37,415 bases of DNA from a virus (lineage: Duplodnaviria > Caudoviricetes). The notes under the pieces are model-generated. The model was not told where the DNA came from and searched no databases. It was given only the letters and a program-made list of their open reading frames with translations. The position numbers were made by a program, and so were the translations under genes. Within the stretch, counting starts at the first letter, position 1, and each line of letters opens with the position of its first letter. The stretch spans positions 1 to 37,415 of IMG/VR virus record IMGVR_UViG_3300012952_000044. The stretch is one strand, 5' to 3'. This document shows, piece after piece, positions 30,064 through 37,415 of this stretch.

Positions 30064-30126
30064 TTAAATAGTTTTACCAGACCTAAATATTATTGATTCT
30101 ACCTTTAGGTGCAAGGGTAGTAAATA
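30064..30126 (+). promoter_or_regulatory. Cluster of three TAAATA late-promoter-like cores plus a hairpin
   Basis: TTAAATA at 30064, CTAAATA at 30083, GTAAATA at 30120; stem CTACCTTT (30099-30106) / AAGGGTAG (30113-30120). Confidence 0.5.
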
Positions 30127-30130
30127 CAAC

Positions 30131-30310
30131 ATGGACTGGGAACTAGAAAATGCGAACTATAAACTGCAAGATATGATTACCGTATACGAAACAGAAATAG
30201 CAGAACTACAGAAAGAAAAAAAAGAATTAAAACAAGAAGTTCTTTTTTTAAAAGCACAACTAGAGTATAAAACTTTAGGTAACCATGAAACTGAACATGA
30301 CAAGGATTGA
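30131..30310 (+). CDS. 59-aa coiled-coil hypothetical protein (not in the ORF track)
   Basis: Manually translated as MDWELENANYKLQDMITVYETEIAELQKEKKELKQEVLFLKAQLEYKTLGNHETEHDKD. Confidence 0.65.
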   Translation: MDWELENANYKLQDMITVYETEIAELQKEKKELKQEVLFLKAQLEYKTLGNHETEHDKD

Positions 30311-30312
30311 TT

Positions 30313-31005
30313 ATGACTACACAATTTTCCAAAGAAATTAAAGAAGGGACTAAGAAGTCTCATTCTGCAGCAGAGAATACTAAATTTGTTGCTTCATTTC
30401 TTAAAGGAGTGTTAGACCCAGAAGAGTATCGTAAATTGATTACTAACTTTTGGTATGTCTATGAGACAATGGAACTGAGGCTTCAAGAGTCTAATGATCC
30501 ATTTGTAAAAGAATTAAAACAATGGAACGTATTATTATTCCGTACAGCTTTTATACAAAGAGATCTTAGATATTATTATGGGCCTTTTTGGAGAGAAAAA
30601 CAGATACCAACAGAAGCATGTAATAAATATTGTCATAGAATCAATGAGATAGCAGAGAAAGATCCTTATCTATTGATTGCACATCACTACACAAGATACA
30701 TTGGTGATCTATCAGGTGGTCAAATTCTTAAAGGTATTGCTAAGAAAGCATTAAATCCACCAGAAGGGGAAGGATTACATTTCTATGACTTCCCTCGTAT
30801 AGAGGATGCTAAAGCATTTAAAACAGAATATAGATCAACACTTGATAATTTAGATTTAACAAGAGAACAAAAAGACGCATTAGTAGAAGAGGCAAATTAT
30901 GCCTTTAAATTAAATATGGATATGTTTAATGAGATGAAAGGAAGTGCGACAAAATCATTATTAGTTCTATTAAGAAATACATTGTTTCCATTTTTAACTA
31001 AATAA
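30313..31005 (+). CDS. ho1: Ferredoxin-dependent heme oxygenase (auxiliary metabolic gene)
   Basis: EGTKKSHSAAEN (proximal heme His), AHHYTRYIGDLSGGQILK signature, EEANYAFKLNMDMF. ATG at 30313 preferred over TTG at 30307. Confidence 0.95.
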   Translation: MTTQFSKEIKEGTKKSHSAAENTKFVASFLKGVLDPEEYRKLITNFWYVYETMELRLQESNDPFVKELKQWNVLLFRTAFIQRDLRYYYGPFWREKQIPTEACNKYCHRINEIAEKDPYLLIAHHYTRYIGDLSGGQILKGIAKKALNPPEGEGLHFYDFPRIEDAKAFKTEYRSTLDNLDLTREQKDALVEEANYAFKLNMDMFNEMKGSATKSLLVLLRNTLFPFLTK

Positions 31006-31013
31006 TATTAGCA

Positions 31014-31268
31014 ATGGAGAATATTATGCACGGAAATTTGGAACCAGAGGAAAGTGTCTGGAGTACTGAACCCAATACTTATACTGTTCATCCCGAAATG
31101 GCTGGTGTAGATCTAGATTCAGAAGAATTATTATCAGTTAATTTTGAAACAAAGAGAGATGTAGATGTAGTATTTACAGTTGATCCATCCTTTCAAGAAA
31201 AGATTAATGGATATTCTTTTGATGAAGAAGATGATGATGACGATGGAGACATCGTAGTAAGAATATAA
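31014..31268 (+). CDS. Acidic hypothetical protein
   Basis: MHGNLEPEE motif and DDDDDGDIVVRI end; CTAAATA core at 30998 upstream. Confidence 0.65.
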   Translation: MENIMHGNLEPEESVWSTEPNTYTVHPEMAGVDLDSEELLSVNFETKRDVDVVFTVDPSFQEKINGYSFDEEDDDDDGDIVVRI

Positions 31269-31271
31269 ATA
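31264..31271 (+). promoter_or_regulatory. Perfect T4 late promoter TATAAATA upstream of gp3
   Basis: Exact consensus. Confidence 0.7.
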
Positions 31272-31283
31272 ATCAGAAAGGTT

Positions 31284-32354
31284 ATGGCGTATTTTGCAAA
31301 TACTGATAACGCTCCGTCTAAATTTTTATCTGGTGTTGGCTTTCAACTTAGTTTAAATAAACTACCAGGCGTATCGTATTATTGTCAATCAGTTACTGTC
31401 CCATCGTTAAATCTTGCGGTTGCAGAACAACCCACGATGTATAGGCGCTTGCCAGAACCAGGCGATGAGGTAAACTATGATGACCTTTCAGTCCGATTCC
31501 TAGTTGATGAGGATATGAAAAATTATATATCAATTCATAATTGGATGAGATATTTGGGATATCCAGAATCAGAGAAAGATTGGACAACTTTTGCAGACGG
31601 TGAAAAATATAGTGAAAAACAATATAGTGATGGAGCATTATTCATATTAGATTCTAATTTTCAAAAGAAGTTTGAGATATATTTTAAAGATCTTTTTCCA
31701 GTAAGTTTAGGTGGACTTAATTTAGATGCAACTTATACTGATACAGAATACTTTGCAATAGATGCTACATTTAAATATTCATTGTTTGATATTAAGGAGG
31801 TAGGAGCGACCTCTTTTTTTAAACAGTCCTCGCTAGTAGCACCAACTGTTACGTTAAATAGCGGGGTATCAACAGTAGATGGTGAGGATGTATTAACTTT
31901 AACTTACACATCTACTAATGCAGAAACATTAGTAATTGGTAATGGAGTCGGATCAGTTTCTGTTACTGGTAATGGAGTTACATTAAAAGTTGCTGATATC
32001 CGACACTTATCATATAACGGAACTATATCATATACAATTACAGCAACATCAGCTGATAATTTAACAGCAGAGGCAACTACTACTGCTACATTACCTGGCG
32101 TTGCTCAGACAAGTACTAACAGAACTTGTATTGCTGTACTTGATGAAAATCTAGGAAGTCAGACATATCTTGGGATGGCAACTAAATGGAAAACATTTAG
32201 AGATACCTATCCAGATAGAATGTTTTGGTTATTACAACCAAATTCTAGTGGGGAAGGAAGTAATAATGGAATGTATAGTGCTAGTAAAATAAGTGACTTA
32301 CATCTCCCACCACAATTTTTAGAAGAAACAGATCCAACTAAGGTAGATTTATGA
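31284..32354 (+). CDS. g3: Tail completion/tube terminator gp3 with a ~180-aa C-terminal extension
   Basis: FLSGVGFQLSLNKLPGVSYYCQSVTVP, PGDEVNYDDLSVRFLVDEDMKNY, FKDLFPVSL..DATFKY; extra Ig-like and RTCIAVLDE segments follow. Confidence 0.85.
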   Translation: MAYFANTDNAPSKFLSGVGFQLSLNKLPGVSYYCQSVTVPSLNLAVAEQPTMYRRLPEPGDEVNYDDLSVRFLVDEDMKNYISIHNWMRYLGYPESEKDWTTFADGEKYSEKQYSDGALFILDSNFQKKFEIYFKDLFPVSLGGLNLDATYTDTEYFAIDATFKYSLFDIKEVGATSFFKQSSLVAPTVTLNSGVSTVDGEDVLTLTYTSTNAETLVIGNGVGSVSVTGNGVTLKVADIRHLSYNGTISYTITATSADNLTAEATTTATLPGVAQTSTNRTCIAVLDENLGSQTYLGMATKWKTFRDTYPDRMFWLLQPNSSGEGSNNGMYSASKISDLHLPPQFLEETDPTKVDL

Positions 32355-33904
32355 GTTTTTCAGCAGCACAATTTACACCCAATAATACATCTCCGCTTGG
32401 AAGTACTAATTTTTTAGGTACAGGAACGTATGATATTTTACCTAATAAAGAACATTCTTCAATGCCAGAAAGTTTACCTAATACAGATGGCAATATAGCA
32501 AAAATACCAGTTAATATCAAGGAAGTACTTGATCAACTTCCAGCAGCTATAGCTGAAATGTATAACAATGATGTTAATGCATTAGTTAAATCGAGTCAGT
32601 TTACAGGTACAGCAGTAGATCCTAGATTATATGGAAATTCTGCACACCTTAGTGCATATTGGACTGCTGCACAAACTTTAGCATCTTGGATATTACATCA
32701 AATACCAGGCCCTCAAGGAGCAGGATCTAGTGCTTCAAATCCACTTGATGTTCCATTTACATCTACACAAAAGACTAATTTAATAGGTGCTTTGAGTTCG
32801 TATCCAGATCCTGAAACCCTTAAACTATTTTACGATACTAGGTTTAGTCAAACTGCTAATGGTGGCCCTTGGGATCCAGCAACTGCTAATACATTTTTTA
32901 ATCTTGGTTATGGGAATAAGGCTTTTGAATGGGATACATCCACAGGAAACTTAACTTTAAAAGATAACTATGTTTTTTCAGGTTTAGATGATTTTGGTGT
33001 ATCATTGGATTTTGGAACAAAGGGCCCATTAGGTTTTACTGTTGGATTGGTTAGAGCTATAGCTGTTTCGGTTGTAGTAGGAGTTCTTACAGCTACTCCT
33101 ATAGTAATAGCTAGAATGATTTTAAAGAGAATAATGGCTCAAATGGGAATGGATATTGAGGATAGTGATTATCCATATAATATCCATAGAGGTCTTCCCT
33201 TCAATAATACTATTGGTGATGTTGCGATAATGCATATTAAAACAACATGGACACCAGCAGAAATTTTTGCTGCAAATCCTGAATTGTTCTGGCATGCTTG
33301 GAAAGAAGGTTATATTCCAACTTCTGCTTTAGAAGGAATAATGGCAAATTATCTGTCACCATTATCTGTAGGTACAGCATCTAGTCCATTTCTTCAACCA
33401 GATTATGCTGCTTCTGATGGCCCAATTGCTTCAAATCTAAGTAATATGACTCTTGGTGGTGGAGGTAATTATCCACAACCATTTACAAGTTTCTCTCAGA
33501 GAATAGTTAATGCTAGTAATAGTCTTGGAGCTTATGCAAAATTTGGATCTTATGCTGGAAGAATTGTAACAATAACAGATAGTCCGTATAGTGGACAATG
33601 GGGGTTTAGGATGCAGCCATGGGATACTTTTGATGATGGTAGTATTATAATTTCTGGTGGACATCAATTAACTAAGAATGAATGGTTTAACACTGCTCTT
33701 AAAGCTAAGGTTGCTGTTCGATTTTTACATTTACCAACTAGACCTTTAGTTTTAGTTGATGTAGCAATTAAAGGATTTTCTCCAACTACTACACTTAGTC
33801 ATTTCTATAATCCAAACTATGGTCTAGCAGCTGCATCACTTGGTTCAACACAATTACCACAATTAATTGCAGCTGTAGGAGCTGCTACACTACTAATACT
33901 ATAA
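32351..33904 (+). CDS. Hypothetical 517-aa protein with two hydrophobic segments
   Basis: Long ORF with an ATGA overlap to gp3; no family recognised. Confidence 0.75.
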   Translation: MSFSAAQFTPNNTSPLGSTNFLGTGTYDILPNKEHSSMPESLPNTDGNIAKIPVNIKEVLDQLPAAIAEMYNNDVNALVKSSQFTGTAVDPRLYGNSAHLSAYWTAAQTLASWILHQIPGPQGAGSSASNPLDVPFTSTQKTNLIGALSSYPDPETLKLFYDTRFSQTANGGPWDPATANTFFNLGYGNKAFEWDTSTGNLTLKDNYVFSGLDDFGVSLDFGTKGPLGFTVGLVRAIAVSVVVGVLTATPIVIARMILKRIMAQMGMDIEDSDYPYNIHRGLPFNNTIGDVAIMHIKTTWTPAEIFAANPELFWHAWKEGYIPTSALEGIMANYLSPLSVGTASSPFLQPDYAASDGPIASNLSNMTLGGGGNYPQPFTSFSQRIVNASNSLGAYAKFGSYAGRIVTITDSPYSGQWGFRMQPWDTFDDGSIIISGGHQLTKNEWFNTALKAKVAVRFLHLPTRPLVLVDVAIKGFSPTTTLSHFYNPNYGLAAASLGSTQLPQLIAAVGAATLLIL

Positions 33905-33905
33905 T

Positions 33906-35720
33906 ATGCCAAAACCCACTAATGCTAATAAAGATCACTTTAAAACTGTACTAAGAAAGTATAGGAAGAAATTTGACAGCAATATACAAACTGTTAAGTA
34001 TTCTGATTTGAAGGATATGTTTGATCATGTATCAACAAGTAGTGCATTTACTAGTGTAATAACTGACAATACAGATGTTCATGTTGTATTATTTGATGGT
34101 GAACAAAGCAATCCACCAATAGATATTACTAGTCTTATGGCGGTAGGGAAATTTATATATTTCCCTGCATTTGTGGGTGATTATATAAATTTAAAGATTG
34201 GAGGCTCCACTGAATCTTTAAAATTTTCTGCTGATAATTACTTTCAAATGAAACAGGGAACTAGTTATAATAGTTCTGCATATGGATTAAATAGTAATTG
34301 GTATTTTTCAACTAGAAGTACTACTGGAAAAGGATCTATAAGACATCATTGTAGATCATCAGCATTGGGTGGTCTTTTAATTCAAGTCACTCAATCTCAA
34401 ACTGTAGAAATAACAACACCAGCTAGTGATGTTACTATAAATGAGAATGGTACTGCAACTTTTGGAGTTACCACAACAGGATATGGTAATGGAAATAGTA
34501 TACAGTATAAGATAGAGGGGGATGGATTAAATTCAATAGATCCAGTAAATGATTTTACCACTAATCTAGGTGGTATTCAAAATATGACTGTGAATAATAA
34601 TGCTGCTTCTGTAACTGTAACATTAAAAAATGATTATACAGTTAATGAAGGATTAGAACATTTTTATTTTCATATAGTAGATCCTACCAATACTAATGTA
34701 GTATTAGGAAGTAGTCCAAAAATTAGTGTTACAGATACATCTTCAGCATCTTATGCATTAGCTTTATCTCCTACGCCAGTAAATGAAGGAACTAGTTCTA
34801 CGTGGACTGTTAATACAACAGGTGTTCCAAATGGAGCTCCAGTATTTTATTATACGGTAGAAGGTACAGCAGCTACTAACGCAGATATAGAAAGTTTAAA
34901 CGGTTCTTTCCAAATCAGTAATAATACTGGTAGTTTTAGTATTCCTATAAGACAAGATTTTGTTGTAGATAATGCAGAAACCCTTATAGTTAAACTTAGA
35001 CAAAATTCTATAACTGGTATAGTATTAGGAGTTTGGAATACTGTTACTGTTAATAATGTTGCTTGGTCATTATCTATTACTCCAAATAAAACAACTGTAA
35101 ATGAATCTAGTGCATCTACTTCTGAATCTGTTACATTTGCTATTGCTACAAGTGGAGTTCCAGATGGAACAAAGGTAAGACTTTACCCACAATATGTAAC
35201 TGGAAGTGCTACAATATTTTCTGATGTTTCTCTAAACTCTACAAACCCAGAATTTAATGCTTTTACATATAAAGAAGTTACTATTAATAGTAATGCAGCT
35301 ACTGCAACTTTATATATGGGTAGAGATGGTTTGATTGAAGGATCTGAAGTTTTTAATGTAGCAGTTAAAGATTTTCTAGGAACTACAACTATTGCAACAA
35401 GTCCTAATATAACAATTACAGATACGTCATTTATTGGTTCGCAAAAAACTGATAAGACATTTGGGCCTCTTGCTGTTAATAGGGATGGTGGTAATGCAAA
35501 TAATGTTTCAGATTGGTATACGATATGTAACCTAGATAGTTTACCAAATGGATCTAAGATTGCTGTCTATATAGATACTTCTGGAAGTATGACACAAGGT
35601 ACTATTCAGGCATCTCATGACTTATTAATGCAAAAATTAAATGCTAGAAACATGGATGTTATAGTCGTAACTAACCCCAGTGAAGACTGGATTACACCTT
35701 TCCAACAAATATTGAATTAA
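33906..35720 (+). CDS. Putative structural protein with three Calx-beta/Ig-like repeats and a C-terminal MIDAS-like (DTSGSM) segment
   Basis: Repeats with (V/I)NE..F/W-x-V..TxG and EG-x-E-x-F..I-x-(V/I)TDTS; IAVYIDTSGSM near the end. Confidence 0.7.
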   Translation: MPKPTNANKDHFKTVLRKYRKKFDSNIQTVKYSDLKDMFDHVSTSSAFTSVITDNTDVHVVLFDGEQSNPPIDITSLMAVGKFIYFPAFVGDYINLKIGGSTESLKFSADNYFQMKQGTSYNSSAYGLNSNWYFSTRSTTGKGSIRHHCRSSALGGLLIQVTQSQTVEITTPASDVTINENGTATFGVTTTGYGNGNSIQYKIEGDGLNSIDPVNDFTTNLGGIQNMTVNNNAASVTVTLKNDYTVNEGLEHFYFHIVDPTNTNVVLGSSPKISVTDTSSASYALALSPTPVNEGTSSTWTVNTTGVPNGAPVFYYTVEGTAATNADIESLNGSFQISNNTGSFSIPIRQDFVVDNAETLIVKLRQNSITGIVLGVWNTVTVNNVAWSLSITPNKTTVNESSASTSESVTFAIATSGVPDGTKVRLYPQYVTGSATIFSDVSLNSTNPEFNAFTYKEVTINSNAATATLYMGRDGLIEGSEVFNVAVKDFLGTTTIATSPNITITDTSFIGSQKTDKTFGPLAVNRDGGNANNVSDWYTICNLDSLPNGSKIAVYIDTSGSMTQGTIQASHDLLMQKLNARNMDVIVVTNPSEDWITPFQQILN

Positions 35721-35727
35721 ATTTTTT

Positions 35728-36159
35728 ATGATTACACTTGATGATGTGCAACATGAGTGGACTATTGATTCTAAAATTGACCCTGAGTTATTAGATGAAG
35801 AGTCTATAAAAATACCACAATTACATAGCAAATATCTTAAGTATCTTTCTGATGTAAAACTACTTAAGATTAAAAAAGAAATGGAGTATAAGGTTCTACT
35901 TCGAGAGAAGTTTGAATATTATACTGGTAAAGCAGATGAAGAAGTTTATAAAGAAAAACCTTTTGATCTAAAGATTCTAAAACAGGATCTATCACTATAC
36001 ATGGAATCTGATACGGATATTCAAGCTTTGCTTGCCCGTATAAATTACTATGAAGAGATCATGTTTTTTCTTGACAAAGTTCTCCATTGTTTAAACAACA
36101 GAGGATTCCAAATTAAGAATAGCATAGATTGGCAAAAATTTATGCAAGGTAGCATCTAA
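35728..36159 (+). CDS. uvsY: Recombination mediator UvsY
   Basis: WTIDSKID..ESIKIPQLHSKYL, EYYTGKA, NRGFQIKNSIDWQKF; directly before uvsW. Confidence 0.92.
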   Translation: MITLDDVQHEWTIDSKIDPELLDEESIKIPQLHSKYLKYLSDVKLLKIKKEMEYKVLLREKFEYYTGKADEEVYKEKPFDLKILKQDLSLYMESDTDIQALLARINYYEEIMFFLDKVLHCLNNRGFQIKNSIDWQKFMQGSI

Positions 36160-37415
36160 TGTCTGATGTCACTATTCAGAAGAAGAATGAGGTATATCTA
36201 AAAGTTGATTGTGAACCACATATTAAATATGAACTTTCATCATATTTTACTTTTGAGGTTCCAGGCGCTAAATTTATGCCGCAATATAAAAGACGACTCT
36301 GGGATGGAACTATTAAATTGTTTAGTCCAGCAGAAGGAAAGATATATTGTGGACTATATGATTACTTAACTGAATGGTTGGCGGAGAATGGGTATTCCTA
36401 TGAGGATAAAAGAAATGATGAGTATGGATTACCTTGTGAGAGGAATGAATTTATTACAGCACCAGGCGTAGCGGATTTCGTAAAGTCATTAAATATTCCA
36501 TTAAAGGTAAGAGACTATCAATATAATGCAATATACCAAGCTTTAAAATATAATAGAAGATTATTATTATCGCCTACTGCATCTGGTAAGTCATTAATGA
36601 TCTATGCTATTACTAGATATTTTGTTAATAAAGAAGATAGAGTTTTAATAGTAGTACCTACAACTTCATTAGTAGAACAGTTATGTGGAGATTTTAATAG
36701 TTATGGATGGTCTTCTGATGAATATTGTCATAAGATATATTCTGGTAGAGAGAAGTATACATCCAAACCAGTAACTGTCACAACATGGCAATCAATATAT
36801 AAGTTACCTAAAAAATACTTTGAAGAATTTGGATGTGTTATAGGAGATGAAGCTCATTTGTTTAAAGCAAAATCTCTTATTAATATAATGACCAAGTTGC
36901 ATAACTGCAAACATAGAATCGGTTTTACTGGAACACTGGATGGATCTAATACAAATCAATTAGTACTAGAAGGATTGTTTGGTTCTGTTAATAAGGTTAT
37001 TAAAACTAAGGAGTTAATTGATAAAGGATTCTTATCTAAATTAAATATCACAGTACTTCTATTACAACATGATAGTAGGGTATTTGAATCGTATCAAGAT
37101 GAGATGGATTATATTTGTACGATGGATAAAAGAAATAAATTTATTCGTAACTTAGCATTAAATCAAGAAGGAAATACATTAATACTCTTTGCCTACGTGG
37201 AGAAACACGGTGAGGTTCTTTTTGAAATGATAAATAGTAATGTATCGTCAGATCGCAAAGTCTTCTTTGTTCATGGAGGAGTTGATACTGAAGATAGAGA
37301 ACAAGTAAGATTAATCACGGAGCAAGAAAACAATGCTATCATCATTGCGTCCTATGGTACTTTTAGTACTGGTATCAACATTAAGCGTCTTCACAATATC
37401 GTGTTCGCAAGCCCC
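36159..37415 (+). CDS. uvsW: UvsW SF2 helicase, 3'-truncated (not in the ORF track)
   Basis: Manually translated: FTFEVPGAKFMPQYK..WDG, RDYQ, SPTASGKS (Walker A), VPTTSLVEQ, GDEAH, GFTGTLDG, ASYGTFSTGINIKRLHNIVFASP; runs off the window end. Confidence 0.95.
   Translation, partial: MSDVTIQKKNEVYLKVDCEPHIKYELSSYFTFEVPGAKFMPQYKRRLWDGTIKLFSPAEGKIYCGLYDYLTEWLAENGYSYEDKRNDEYGLPCERNEFITAPGVADFVKSLNIPLKVRDYQYNAIYQALKYNRRLLLSPTASGKSLMIYAITRYFVNKEDRVLIVVPTTSLVEQLCGDFNSYGWSSDEYCHKIYSGREKYTSKPVTVTTWQSIYKLPKKYFEEFGCVIGDEAHLFKAKSLINIMTKLHNCKHRIGFTGTLDGSNTNQLVLEGLFGSVNKVIKTKELIDKGFLSKLNITVLLLQHDSRVFESYQDEMDYICTMDKRNKFIRNLALNQEGNTLILFAYVEKHGEVLFEMINSNVSSDRKVFFVHGGVDTEDREQVRLITEQENNAIIIASYGTFSTGINIKRLHNIVFASP

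Noticed and set aside
2043-35831. The minus-strand ORFs and alternative-frame plus-strand ORFs (e.g. 13910-14392, 22044-22433, 23585-23983, 25746-26141, 27551-27949, 29788-30096)
   Set aside because: They overlap well-supported genes, have no recognisable motifs and are typical shadow ORFs; 29788-30096 also crosses the terminator.

Overview
AT-rich (roughly one-third GC by eye) segment of a T4-like cyanomyovirus (Kyanoviridae-like; the host is probably Prochlorococcus or Synechococcus, inferred from gene order, ho1 and low GC). All credible genes are on the + strand and form the late structural module: partial gp7-like baseplate protein, gp8, VrlC-like protein, small virion ORFs, a fibre-like protein, gp13-gp23, a UACG-loop terminator, a small ORF, heme oxygenase ho1, an extended gp3, two large inserted ORFs, uvsY and a partial uvsW. 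Many intergenic junctions carry the late-promoter core (A/C)TAAATA. Main observations: (1) synonymous codon choice excludes WCCWGGW at all 37 Pro-Gly sites and GGWCC at all 13 Gly-Pro sites, suggesting host restriction pressure, including a specificity I do not recognise; (2) a VWA/MIDAS-like domain that appears split between the C-terminus of gp3 and the C-terminus of a Calx-beta/Ig-repeat protein two genes downstream; (3) nested (Russian-doll) domain insertions in several virion proteins; (4) ho1 behind a cluster of late promoters next to gp23; (5) a candidate structured leader after gp16. Family assignments come from motif recognition, not database searches.
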